Assembly (NCBI GenBank): GCA_009602725.1 | Contig: WELB01000019.1 | Span: 32,117-78,071 of the forward strand | DNA: 45,955 nucleotides | Reading direction: 5' to 3' | Origin: Spirogloea muscicola | Lineage: Eukaryota | Shown here: in pieces, positions 23,611 to 35,625 of the stretch | Numbering within the stretch: position 1 is the first letter of the stretch | How the letters are laid out: every line of letters begins with the position of its first letter | The notes under the pieces: model-generated | Database searches by the model: none | What the model was told of the DNA's origin: nothing | What the model saw: only the letters and a program-made list of their open reading frames with translations | Program-made: the position numbers and the translations under genes

Positions 23611-25122
23611 AAGCGCCGCTTATTCAAAGCTGGCCCGGTATGACGAATCACTTAGTAACCTTCACTTGGTTACTAACTGATTCATCTTACCTGATTAACT
23701 TCTAGTGAAATTGGCTTCTCTGGGAGAGCCACTTTGATCTTTCTTTGGACCTTGTCCTTTCCTTTTCAATTGCATCATGTCGTGTCCAGTTTTCCTTTTC
23801 GGCACCGTTGTGGCCTTTGGATGTTGTCCATTCTTTTCTGGGCTGGCTTTGCTAGCCCCTCTTTTCTATGGGCGAGCAATTTCTACCTTTTGTGGGCTCG
23901 CTTTTCTCAGCCCTCGCCTTCTGGAAGAGCTACGTCTTCTCTCATATGCATTATGCAATAGGAAGAAAGACAGTGGCTCTCCCAAGAGGGGCAAGGGCTG
24001 AACAGTTAGCCCGAAAAAGGAGTGATAAGGTCCGAATGCAATCGAGAGAAGTGGCTCTCCCAATGGGGGCAAGGGCTGTGATAAGCCAGCCCGAACAAGG
24101 AATTGACAAGGTTCGAAGGGGCCAGATTACGAGGGGCCGGAAGCGCTACCGAAGAATTGGGGTATGGTGAACCACTCCATAACTACGAGTGAGGAGCCGC
24201 TAATCGGAAAGACTAGCTGCCGGAAAACAATCCCTCTGTGACGGAATCCAGAGGCTGCAGCGAGAGCAAGCACGGTCAACACGGAGGTGCAAGGCAAATG
24301 CAATAGACATCTACGGCGTTATAAGTGCCCTTCTTCCTTCTTCCTCCAGCAGGTCGACCGGCACCACCAATGGTGGGAGGGGAGCTTGGGGCACCCGGAA
24401 AAGGCCAGCCCAGAAGGAAAATGACGAGAGCCGAGAGGTTAGCCGGATGGTCATACGTGACTCGACCTGCGCGCCCACGGCTAACGCTGCCTGACACTTG
24501 GCCGCTCGTGGCCGCCCAGCCGCCCTGCCCGCCCGCACGCACCGCCGACACCGCTTTCAGCCCCCGCCATGTAGCGCCGGGCGACCCACCATGTGGATTC
24601 GAAGGTGCCGCTTGCGCCCGCCCGCCAGCCGGCTCGCTTGGATCGGTGACGCCTCGAGTCGGCGCCCAGACGTGGACGACTGACAGGCTCCTGGGACCTC
24701 TCGAAGCTCGCCGCAAGAGCCCAAAAACCGTGGACACTCAATGGGCCTCACATGGGCCCGTATGCCCTCAAACTGACCGCACGCGGAGCCCTGCCGTGAA
24801 GCGCCAGTTGGCAAGTGTGCGTCGTATGCCTGACTGCCGGACTGCTAACCTGCTGAGAGACGTGACGGAAAACGAGGCGACATGTGGCAAAGACGAGGCT
24901 GGTCCTGATCAGTGAAGGGCGACTGCACGGCAAAGTGCAGGCCACTCAATGCAGTGGTGATAGCAGAAGCGTACATGCTGGAAGGTCCTGGAGCCACAAA
25001 GAGCAATTGGGTGGCCTTCTTAACAACTGTTGTGATGCTGACCTCGCTAGAGAGGAGGTCATTCAACGTGTCTCTCCAGTCTTGGCCCGAGTTGGGAAAG
25101 GGAAAAGAGCAGACACGGTGTC

Positions 25123-26124
25123 TTAGAGATGCAAATCAAGATCAAGAGGGGGATAGCTGGTACTCTGGCTGGTTGCGAGCATTGAGCTCGCTGCCTGTGG
25201 GCTCTCAAGGCGGGGCAGACTATGAGCAGAGAGCACACATGCGCTGCTTTCTGCTTGCACCTTGCTGGACGGCTGGCAAAGATGGTCGCCGGTCTGGTCT
25301 TCCCGGCTCCGGTCCCACGAGGAAGCAACATCCTGGAGGTCGGTGGGCATCTTGGGGTGCTGTAGCAGACTGGCCCAGGCCGCTCGAGCTCGGACGCCCT
25401 CGCTCGGCGTCTCCACAGGCGTCTTGGCCTTGCCTGGCGACTTCTCAGAGGAGCTCCAGGTGAGCGAGTCATCGTTCCCATCGGAGGTCCCACCTTGGGA
25501 ATCTGTCATCCTTGGCCACACGTTTTCGAGGGGGGGCCTCCGACCGGGCTCCTGCCCGTCGGCTCTCTCCAGCATCGCGTTCAGCTGCTCTGTCACAAGC
25601 TCCAGCTTCCGCTTGCCCAGCTCCAGCCGCTCCAGCCGCTCCAGCCGCAAAGGCCTCCCATCCTCCCGCGACTGGTGCAAGGAGGCTGGTTGACGCACTG
25701 ACTGAGAAGGCGCAGGTGATGGCCAGGCGGTGGAGAGGACCCTCCCGGCAGGTGGGTGCCGGTACTCAGGCGCCCTCGCAGATGTGTAGGGGCTGCCACC
25801 GGCCTGCTGCTGCGATTCCCAGTGGCTCACCGCCCTCCGGATGGCCTGCGCTTGGTCGTGTGCGGCAGCACCGCTGCTGACTGCGCCCCTGAGGAGAGCT
25901 GCGTGCACCGGCAGCTGGCGCTCGGCAGAGTCCTCCAGCCACGACATGCATGGTGCCGCGCCTCCGGGCTGGAAAGCGCCGACGGCGGCGGCGTGGGGTT
26001 GCAGCCAGCAGCTCTGTCCGGTCGGCCTGGTGGTGCCGGCGAGGGCCGTGCCGCCGGCCAAGCGGCGACGCCGGCTGCCGATGTCCTCCCAGGTCGCGCC
26101 ATGGCAGCCCTGCAGGTCCTGCAT
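25123..26124 (-). CDS. Unknown 333-aa protein with a putative NLS (LGKRK) and a C-terminal EAR-like motif LDLDLHL
   Basis: Longest ORF in the window and apparently intronless. It shares W..D(S/T)AERQ, L..GKRK and DLDLHL* with the gene at 44678-45955. Confidence 0.6.
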   Translation of the reverse strand: MQDLQGCHGATWEDIGSRRRRLAGGTALAGTTRPTGQSCWLQPHAAAVGAFQPGGAAPCMSWLEDSAERQLPVHAALLRGAVSSGAAAHDQAQAIRRAVSHWESQQQAGGSPYTSARAPEYRHPPAGRVLSTAWPSPAPSQSVRQPASLHQSREDGRPLRLERLERLELGKRKLELVTEQLNAMLERADGQEPGRRPPLENVWPRMTDSQGGTSDGNDDSLTWSSSEKSPGKAKTPVETPSEGVRARAAWASLLQHPKMPTDLQDVASSWDRSREDQTGDHLCQPSSKVQAESSACVLSAHSLPRLESPQAASSMLATSQSTSYPPLDLDLHL

Positions 26125-26711
26125 AGCCCCAGGACGGGAGAGGCCCGCGGCCCCGCAGGCCCGGCAGGATGCCCGCCGCTCTGCCGCCGCAGCTGGCGTC
26201 GGCTCACGCAGCGGCGCTCGCTCGGTCGCCGGCGCCGGGCCTCAGGAGGAGGCGCGGGGTCCCACGCGTGGAAAGCGAGCGAGAGCCGGTGCCCAGCAAG
26301 GCCCCGCGTCCCGCCGTGGCGCGCCCGCCTCAGGGCCGCCACGGCAGCCAGCGGCGCGGCGCCATTAGTTTGCAACTTGTTTGGTTTCTAGAAAAAAAAA
26401 AAAAAAAAAAGCGCANGCGGCGCAAGCGACGGCGGCGGGCCAGTGGCGCGGCGGCGGCGGCGGCGGGTGGGGCGGCGCGCCCAGCCTGGCGGCCGCGCCC
26501 GTACCCCCTCTGGTGCACGCCGCTTTGATGAGGCGAGACTCTTCTGTGGGCTTGCCTTTGAGCTTTGAGCCACTGAGGCCCGCCGTCAAATTTGCGCACC
26601 CCGTTCCTGGCGCACGCCTGCGCCGTGAGCGTGCGCTCGGGCGCCAAAGTGGGGCGAGCCGCGCCGCCGTGCTGACCTGGGGTCGCTGAGCGGGCCAATT
26701 TGCAACGCGCA

Positions 26712-26912
26712 ATGTGCGTCATCAGGTGGTGCTTGCCGTTGTACTTGGCCACTTGCCCTTCCACATTCTTGTGTTGAGCTGATGGAAGCCCCTCCGCCGC
26801 GCCCCTGACGGGTGATGTGCGTCATCAGATGGTGCTTGCCGTTGTACTTGGCCACGTTGGCCTTCGCCTTCCATTATTGTATTGAAATGATGGAAGCCCC
26901 TCCGCAGCGCCC
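26712..26912 (+). repeat. ~100-bp diverged tandem duplication related to the subfamily C 3' UTR
   Basis: Two units TGTGCGTCATCAG(G/A)TGGTGCTTGCCGTTGTACTTGGCCAC...TGATGGAAGCCCCTCCGC. Confidence 0.7.
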
Positions 26913-27050
26913 CGCCCGCGGCCGCCTTTCCCGGCCTCCCTCTACCTACCTCTTCCGTCACATGGCCCCTTCGAACCTTGGTTTTGTCCAGGCTTCCCAG
27001 CCACCAGTCAATCTGGCCGCGCTTGCTCTCACTGGCTGCTCTGGCCAGGA

Positions 27051-27388
27051 AAGAGAGAAGTGGCACTCCCAATGCGGGCAGGGGCTGCCGAAAAGCCAGC
27101 CCAAAAAGAATTCACAAAGGTTCAGAGGGGCCTAAGAGCGGTGAGCAGCTACGAAGGGGCCTGAGGATGCTATGGTAAAACAGGGGGAGGATGGATCACT
27201 CAGTACGTACGAGTGAGGAGCCTCAGATCCGACAGACTAGCTGCCGGGAAGCTATCACCCTGACGAAAGCCAGAGCCTGCAGCGAGAGCACGGCCAGCTC
27301 GCAGATGCAGAGCGTTGGCCATGGACCGCTGCAGGGATACAGAGAGGCGCATCCGATATACCTGAGCCCACGAGCCCGCGGCGTTGAA
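27051..27388 (-). mobile_element. 5'-truncated CRE-like LINE 3' end (subfamily A)
   Basis: FNAAGSWAQVYRMRLSVSLQRSMANALHLRAGRAL...LLTRTY*, highly similar to 21738-22316 and 43229-43606. Confidence 0.85.
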
Positions 27389-27389
27389 A

Positions 27390-29560
27390 GCCAGCGCGGC
27401 CAGATTGACTGGTGGCTGGGAGAGGCCAGCCCAGGGCCAGGGGACCCATCTCCAGGAGCCTAGCATCTCTGATCTGCGGCTGCTTAGCAGAAGAAAGGGC
27501 TCGCCCATAGAGAAGAGGGGCTGGCAAAGCCAGCCCAAAAAGAATGGACAATTTCCAAAGCCAAAGAAAGAGATGCCAAAGAGAAAGAAGGCGCGCGGGG
27601 CGCATGAATTGAAAGGGAGGCCAATCCAAGCCAATACAAAGAAGGACTACTCTACCAACACAACATCACACTAGGGAAGCTCAATACCCACGAGTGAGCA
27701 ACAGCAGGTCAGGTAGCTCGATGTGGGGAAGGAGGCGCTCCGCCGAGACCCGGAGGCGGCGGCCAGAGCGCGTCCTGCGCGCGTGTGGACTGCGAGGGCA
27801 AAGCCAGCCCAAAAGAATGGACAATATCCCAAGCCAAAGGAAAAGGTGCCGAAAAAGAACGACACTACAGTCCACGCCTTTGGACTAGGACTAAGACATC
27901 AGCCAGAGGACGCTCAATAACCTCGAGTCAGGAGATGCAAGTCTGAATAGCTAGGGGTTACTGAGTGATTCGTAGCTGCTTTGTTTCTTTGTGTGCTTGT
28001 TTTTCTTAGCGCTTCCCCTGGCCCGCTTCTCGTACTTTGTTCATTCTTTTTTTTGGTTGGCTCTTCCAGCCCTTATCCTCAATGTGTAGTCCTTTTACAG
28101 CACCTCTTTCTTCGGCTTCAGACATTGTCCATTGTTTTTGGGCTGGCCTTGCCAGCCCTTCTTCTCTATGGCCGCGCACTTCTTCAATGGGCGAGCCCTT
28201 TCTTCTCACAGCCCTTGCCCTTACACGAAAATCTCCTTGCCTCCATTGGGAGAGCCACTTTTTCCCATGGGGGCAAGGGCTGTGAGAAGCCAGCCCAAAA
28301 AGAAGAAGAAGTGGCACTCCAAATGGGGGCAAGGGCTGTGATAAGCCAGCTCAAAAAGAATTGACAAGGGTTCGGAGGGGCCGACAAGCGTTTAGCAGCT
28401 ACAGAGGGGCCTGAAGATGTCAAGTCAGCAAAGGGGGAGGTTCAAAGGGGCCAAATGACGGAGGCGCCCGAAAGAAGAAAGTGCTCGCCCTTAAAGAAGA
28501 AGTGGCACTCCCAATGGGGCACGGGCTGCGAAAAGCCAGCCCAAAAAGAATTGACAAAGGTTCGAAGGGGCCGAAAAAGCGTGGAGCAGCTACAAAGGGG
28601 ACTGAAGAGGCTATGGTAGAGCAGGAAGAGGATGGATCACTCAGTAGTGACGAGGGGCTGGCAAAGCCGAAAGAAGAAGAAGAAAGAAAGGGCTCGCCCA
28701 TAGAGAAGAGGGGCTGGCAAGGCCAGCCCAAAAAAAATGGACAATGTCCAAAGCCAAAGAAAGAGATGCCGAAGAAGGACTACACTACCAAACACAACAA
28801 AGGAAATGCGTGTATATTAAGAGATGGGGAGGCCATGTGTGACCAAGTACAAAGGCAAGCACATTGGACAAATGTACGTCACCTGCTGCTAAGCTGACCC
28901 GCTCAGTAACCACGAGTCAGCACATAGAGGTCGCTAGCTGACGCTCGAATACTGGACGGCAATTGACTAGCTCTTGTGCCAGCAGCTAAGGCTCGACCAG
29001 CTTTCTGATGCAGAGCATACGCCTGAGCTCGTTGCAGACAGGTTGACACTCGACGTCGCAGAAATGACAGATAGGCTGCCGAGGGAAGCTAGGGAAGCTC
29101 AATACCCACGAGTGAGCAACAGCAGGTCAGAAGCCACAATGACGGAGGGGCCTGAAGTTGCTATGTCAGAACAGGTGGAGGATGGACCACTCAATCAGTA
29201 GCTACGAGTTAAGAGAGCCACTTTCTTTCTCCCGCTTGGAGACCTCTCGCCCACCCGTTTGGGCGCCGGAACGCCGCCGGTTCGCTCGCACAAGTCTTCT
29301 GAATGCGCCTGGCGGTATCGTTTCAACGCTCACTTTGCCACGACGTCCACACGCGAGCAGGCCGTGCTGTGGCTGCCGCCTCTTGCCCCCATTGTTTGTT
29401 TCAAATACACGAATTTTCATTGGTGGTGCCACTTACTTTCTTGGTCTCGGCAGAGTGCCTCTTTCGCATGTCTCAAATACACGAATTTTTCCCTGCAGCG
29501 CGCTATTCCGACCTGATGTTGCTCACTCGCGAATGCTGAGCTTCCCTTTACCAACAGCGG
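27390..29560. repeat. Mosaic of LINE 3' ends, including coding remnants at 27671-27797 (-), 28803-29083 (-) and ~29280-29545 (+)
   Basis: ...RAGRALAAASG...LLLLTRGY*, AAYLSFLRRRVSTCLQRAQAYALHQKAGRAL...DLYVLTRGY* and ...DLMLLTREC*, plus many GGGCTGG modules in inverted blocks. Confidence 0.75.
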
Positions 29561-30140
29561 TGCGCGAGCCCGACGAATGTCGGGTGGCGGGCTCACTCAA
29601 TCCCCACAATCCGTAGCCGTGCGATGTGATCGAGGCGTACAAGGGACCAGCATCCACACACATCGCTGGTCACGCAGTGGGCGTTGCAGAACAAAGAAAG
29701 CTGCAGCATTACTCCGACTACCCTCAATGCGATCAGCTCCTGCCAGCGGCAATCGACGTCTTTGGTTGTCTGGGTCCTCGTTTCCACACCCTCCTCCAAA
29801 ACATTGCCAATCTAGGCTACACACGTCGTGCAGATGTGTTTCCGGTTGAGTTGGGCTTGCCAGCTGCATATCTGTCTTTCTTGCGACGACGTGTTTCGGC
29901 CTGTTTGCAGCGTGCTCAGGCTAATGCCTTGCACCATGAAGCTGGCCGAGCTCTAGTTGGTGGCAGAAGGGCTTCGTATCTGACATCTAGTATTCAGGCA
30001 TCGATTAGCGACCTTTATGTTTTGACCCGTGGTTACTGAGCGGGTCACTTTGCTGTAGATTATGTAGGTCTTTAGATGTGCTTGCCTTTGTACTTGGCCT
30101 TTGGCCTTCGTTTGTTTCAAATACACGATCTCTTTCTTTC
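29560..30140 (+). mobile_element. Longest CRE-like LINE remnant (subfamily C), covering the RLE catalytic region
   Basis: EPDECRVAG...*PCDVIEAY...GHAVGVAEQRKLQHYSDYPQCDQLLPAAIDVFGCLG...FLRRRVSACLQRAQANAL...LTRGY*, matching the PD...D...A..K..Y pattern. Confidence 0.85.
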
Positions 30141-30349
30141 TGCATCGTCTTGTGTTTGTAGTCGTGCTTTGTGGTGTAGTCCTTTTTCGGCACCTCTTTC
30201 TTTGGCTTTGGACATTGTCCATTCTTTTTGGGCTGGCTTTGCCAGCTCCTCTTCTCTATGAGCGAGCACTTTCTTCGACCTCCTGCCGCCTCCCCACCCC
30301 GGGTGGCCCCTCCTCGCCCCGCCTCGAGAGAAGGCGCGCGGTGCGCCTC

Positions 30350-30860
30350 GGCGGATACTCTTGCTGGTTTTCAGGCATCGATTAGCGACCTTTATGTACT
30401 GACCCGTGGTTACTGAGCGGGTCAATCTGCCGCGTGTGATGTGGTGATGTACGTCATCAGATGTTCTTGCCTTTATACTTGGCCAATTTGGCCTTCGTTA
30501 GATTTAAATACACACAAACTTTTCCTTGCTAAGGGGCTGGGAAAGGCCAGCTCAAAAGGAGTAGACAAGGACCGACTCCCTTGCTAAGTATACAGGATGC
30601 GAATTGCCCTCTCCCTGTAGCGGTCCTTGGCATTTGAGGTCCATTTGCGGGCAGGTCGGCTGCTCGTTCCGACAGAGGACGTTTTCCCGCCCTCTAGTTA
30701 CTCTGATCTGCACTTTTTAACTAGGGGTTATTGAGTGCCCACTCGCAGGATTTTTAAAAGTAGAATATGTGTACTTGAAAGAAACGAAGGCCAAAATGGC
30801 CACAGAAGGTCCTTTCGGACCTTGTGAACTCCTTTGGGCTGGCCTCTCACAGCCATTGCT
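30350..30860 (+). mobile_element. Two further short LINE 3' ends (subfamily C at ~30350-30525; D-like at ~30590-30860)
   Basis: QASISDLYVLTRGY* with its UTR, and YRMRIALSL*RSLAFEVHLRAGR...SDLHFLTRGY*. Confidence 0.7.
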
Positions 30861-30876
30861 TTTAATTGGAAGAACA

Positions 30877-30933
30877 GGCAGGGCAAGGCAGGCGTTGGCA
30901 GGCAAGGCAAAGCAGGCAGGCAAGGCAAGGCAG
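30877..30933 (+). repeat. Imperfect (GGCAA/GGCA)n microsatellite
   Basis: GGCAGGGCAAGGCAGG...GGCAGGCAAGGCAAAGCAGGCAGGCAAGGCAAGGCAG. Confidence 0.7.
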
Positions 30934-32014
30934 CCGTTGGATTGCCTTTGTGGGTCGTTATCAGTGGCACCTCTCACCCAAGTCTTGCCATCTTTTCTGG
31001 TTCTAGCTGGCCCCTCACAATTACTGCCTCTCCTGGCATCCTAGAATCTGTATTCATCCATCACGCTCAATGTTGTGTGTCCATCGTGTCCCACATTGTG
31101 TCAACAGGGGTTACTAAGTTTTTCATTAGCTTCTTGAGTCCCTCGGTGCTTTCGCGGTTTCCATGGCCCCTTCAAACTTTGTTCAGTCTTTTTTCTGGAC
31201 TGGCCTCTCACAGCTACTTCCCTTCCCTGGAAGCATCCTTCTTCCTATATGCTGACTACGGGCTATTGAGCCCACGTGGCAGCCGCTGAACTCCGGAGTG
31301 GGTGTGATTTCTGATTGGCAGCTCTTGCACTCGCTTGCACTCGCTTGTCTGTCCTCTCCCTGGCTAATTATCACGACCTTTCCTCATAGGGGCCCCATTT
31401 TCTCGTCATTCTCTTCATTCACCTGCGGCACTGTGTCTAATATTCGACAGCTCTCTCGAGGCTATTGAGCTTGCTTTAGTTGCTTACTTGTCTCTGCGTG
31501 ATATGTTGCATTGGCCTCCAGTTGATGCCACTGTCCTACTGCAAACTTTCTGTACATTATGTCTGGCTGGCCACTTCCCACGAGTTCCTGGCGTGGATGA
31601 TTGTTCCTGCTTTCCTTCCTGATCAGATCAGCCAAACCTGAACCTCGTGGCTTAGTCACCATCCATACTGGAACTGTCTTTCTTGATGCTTGCAAGCCAG
31701 TGCCTTGCTCCTCCTTGCCCACCGGGGTTGGGTCATGCTCTCTCTATGGCAAAAGGCTTCCCCCACCCCTATATCCAACCAAAGTTCGGCTGCCGATCGA
31801 GGCTACTGAAATTACCTTTCACACTGCCAGGCGCGTCTGCAATCAAGGACTGGGGGCCAATCTTTGCGGTCATTGCTGGCCACTATGCCACAGAGGCCCA
31901 TACTCGCACATGGCTTCACATGCATCAGTCAGTCAAAGCACCTTCTCCCGTTCTCTGGGCCCCTGACTGACCGTGCACACTGCAGGCTGCTTCATGTGCA
32001 GGCGTGGTGTATCT

Positions 32015-32049
32015 CCCTAAACCCTATACCCTAAGCTTAAAGGTTTAGG
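32015..32049. repeat. Short degenerate interstitial plant-type telomeric repeats
   Basis: CCCTAAACCCTATACCCTAAG...AGGTTTAGG. Confidence 0.45.
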
Positions 32050-35000
32050 CCCCCCCCAAGTGCTATTGCCGTGAGGAGCAGCCAGGAGAGAATGAACTGG
32101 GCAGATAGGTGATGCTGATCAGAAAGGACGCTCTCTTGAGGAGTCTAAGACAGCAGACACACAAGTCCCAGTTGAACAACCACAAGGTGAACACACTTAG
32201 AGAAGTGCAGGCGGAAAGTCTTCTGGCGGGCTCGAGCGCCAACCCTTGACTGCAACTTGCCATGCACAGGTGGTTGCGCGGGGCCACTCCAAAAGCAAGC
32301 TTCAAGAGAGGACCCTGGGCCATCTAAAGAAGCAGTGGTTGCAGGAAGCCAGCTGCAAAAGGTAGACATGAGCGAGGCAAGACTTCATGTCATCAAGGAC
32401 GTGTGCTCATGGACTCTAGCAGCGGCCACAATGGGATCAAGCAGCTCCAGCTATACCTGCAAGTCGGAAATACGGAGCGAGCAATGAGGATCCCTGCCAG
32501 ATTCTCGAAGCTGGTCGAAGTGTGCACTTGGGGTGCAGATGCAAGAAAAGTTACTGTGCTGCTGCCTGTGATAAGATGCGCATGCAGCATAACAGGGCAC
32601 TCGGTGAAGTTACCTAAACTCGGCTGCTCATGCTCTGTGCCTCTAAGCTTGCAGGGTTCGCCTGAAATTAGGCAGATCGGACATTATTGCTAGCCAGTCA
32701 GCCAAGCGTGAAGCTCACATGGCAGCCACTGCAGCTGGTGCAAGGTGCCCTGCTCCAGTGGCTGCAAGCCTGCTGCACGACCACGACCACAGCTGCAAGT
32801 CCAGGCACCAGCGTACACAAAGCATAGCACAGGGCAGTCGTATCGTGGCAGCAGCTGTCTCTTGTCCCCCACCCTTACCCAGCGCCTCCTCGTCCCAGCT
32901 CGTAACATTCTATTCAACATGGCGAAGTGCCTCCTGCCTGCCCTTCTGCGGTGCAGACAGATGTTGAGCTTGCCACTCAGACACAGACAATGCATTTGCA
33001 CTGGATTGTCCGAATATGTCAAAAGCCAGGCAGGGAGTGCTGCTGTATTCTCAAGTGCCGAGAAATTGTAAGGCAGAGGTGTCTTCCCAAGTGAGTTCGC
33101 ATTGATCTAGTGCTCTGAGGTAATAGGCGGTCACAAGTCTTGGTCGAAACGATGGCCCTCATACGTGTAACTGAAAGGCACTCTGGTTTCTGAAAGAGGG
33201 ACGGCCTGCTATTTGAAGTGACGCTCAAATCCATCCAACATGGGGCATGGCCAAGATGGTGGTATGCTGCAGCATACAAACATTGGCAGCTGAGCCAATC
33301 TAACACAAACATGCCTAGCTGATCAAGAAGCCTAAGAAGCACAGGAGCCAGAGAGAGCAGTAAGTATGACTTTCTATAGTATATAAGAGTTTGTCATTTC
33401 TTGCCCCAGGTTTTGCACGGTTCTACAGCAGAATGATACATCTAGCTGCCCACAGTGGCATCAATGGACACTTCGCAACTCTGCTGCCAAGGAGCAGCAA
33501 GCCATGGCTAAGCACAATCTAGATGCTTACCGGGGTGCGACATTGAGTGCGACATAAGCTCCCACTTCCGGCGCCCTGGTTGTAGAGGATTCGCTTTTGC
33601 AGTGACAGTGATGTGTCGCGCTTCAGTAGTTCTTGATTGATTATATGAGGGTGCATTGTGTAGCACTGGGCTTGACATTCTTGCTACAACCTGCACTATG
33701 GCAGTCAGAGCTTGATAGAGTAATCTGACTGTTGAGCGAATAAGTTCCTGTCTTGACTGCAGGTAGGGGCCTACCCAGGTGCCCATGGATCGTACACCCA
33801 ATAATGTGGCAGATGAATGCACAGCCATGCACATTCTTGAGCAGCCTGCACAATGACATGCACAGAGATTGTCAGCAAAGGAGGAAAGCTACATGCAGAT
33901 TGCAGACTTAAAGTAAGGGGTGTGCCACAACCCAGCACAACAATGAGAAGCTGCAACCATGTGGAATGCCTGCCATGAGGCCTACAATTTAACCTGCAAT
34001 GCATGCAAGTGAGGTGGCCTGCCATCAAGCATACACTCAACCTGCAATGCATGCAACCAAGTGCTTCCTTCCATCCCTGCATTCTCCCCTGGCATGTCTG
34101 AATGCTCTCCTCAGCAACGCAAGGCCATTCTTGAGGGTGTGCTTGGCCACACGCGGTTGACACTGTGAGGCTTGTGCCCGTATGCAACAGCACAGGGGTG
34201 AATAGACTGTCACAATGCTTTCAGCATCACTGCAGGTTACTGAGAATCTTTCGTCCTCGTCCTGCACAGCCTGTCTGAGCACGTCGACACCCTCGCTCCA
34301 ATCGTCTGCAGTTTGCGTATCTTCAATGCCAGAGCCACGCAGTGAGCCTTCGGATGTATCTGCAGTTCTGTCTTGCTTCTCCAACTCAGGCTTGGCGAGA
34401 TCAGCAGCCTTGAACTGCGCAAAGAAGGATGGGGGAAGGACTAGCTTCTCCTGGAGAGAGCCAGAAGCAACAGAGATGGCGGCACTGTTTGAAACAGCTG
34501 ATATGAGAAGCTCCACATGCACCATGGTAGTCACATCGTGGCCATATCCAACTGGAGGTAAGAGCCCCTTATTGCAGCCAAAGTAGTATATGGACTCTTG
34601 AGCTGTTGCTGGATGGAAGTTCCTGTGTCAGTATAGCAGAGGCACAGGTTTTAGGTGATGTTCCACAGTTGCAGTTGACCAGGACAACAAGTAGAGACAC
34701 AGAACAGCAATGCTTAGCTCTGCACCTGCTACTGACTGAGATTCTGAGGATGCTGCATGAAGCCCTGCATTTTCTCAATCAGAGAGTGCGCCATGATGAC
34801 AACGACCATGTCTGGACTCTCTTCTCATACATTCGCAGGTTTCACATGGGTTCTTCAGACCGCTCTTCAGAAAAGGCGCAACAGTACCTCCTTGGTTCTC
34901 CAAGCAAAGCAGCGAGCTTTGCCAGGTCAGGTCGCATGGTTTTGGGGACAATAACCACCAATAATTTTGCTGTCATAGTCATAGGGGCGACATCAGAGGC

Positions 35001-35408
35001 TTAAAGAGGGTTGCTACGACAACCAGATAATCTGCACGTGTTCTGCCTCTTATGACTGAATAGCTGATAACCAAGATAAGTTGAGGACATCTGATGCAAG
35101 ACATGACAAAGTGCACCATCTGGTTTGGAGGGGTATGTTTCCTTATTGCATAAGCGCAAGTTTTCAGCGAGAAATACGAGAACTTATTATGCACTGGAGT
35201 TTGGAGCACCATACGTTGCTGCCTCTCATGCTTCACTTCAACTCTTTCTTGCTCCTCAGCAGCTAAGGCCATTGCTAAGGCAGATTGCCCTGCAACAATA
35301 AAGAGCACCGTGTCAAACACCACAATCAAATGTGACGATGCTTCACACCTCTTTCTAAATTGACAGAGACCCCAATAATAGGCACTGCGCAGCACATGCT
35401 TGGATGAC

Positions 35409-35625
35409 CTTGGAGGGCTTGTAGAGCTCCAAGCGCGGCAGAGAACTCTGCGTCCTTCTTCTTTTGGGCACTCTTTCCTTGGAAACTTGCAGAGCCGATG
35501 CGTACGTGGCACTGGAACACTGGCAGATGTGGTGGCCCGTAAGTGGTAGTCGTGTAATCTGGTATCGGCAGGCCGAGCCTCTGCGCCCACGTCTGAAGCC
35601 TACCTTTCATCTTGCCTGAGGCTGG
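35409..35625 (-). CDS. Double-stranded RNA-binding domain exon
   Basis: MKGRLQTWAQRLGLPIPDYTTTTYGPPHLPVFQCHVRIGSASFQGKSAQKKKDAEFSAALGALQAL matches the canonical dsRBD pattern K..LQE..Q......P.Y.....GP.H.P.F...V.I....F.G....KKxAE..AA..AL..L. Confidence 0.9.

Noticed and set aside
26391..26416. Poly(A) tract as a retrocopy tail
   Set aside because: It is adjacent to an N (assembly join), has no visible TSD and is on the wrong strand and end for the neighbouring minus-strand ORF.
8240..31250. CRISPR-like array suggested by the recurring palindromic GGGCTGGC...GCCAGCCC motif
   Set aside because: Spacing is irregular, both orientations occur, the intervening sequences are themselves repeats, there are no cas genes and the context is eukaryotic. 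The motif is explained as LINE 3' UTR.
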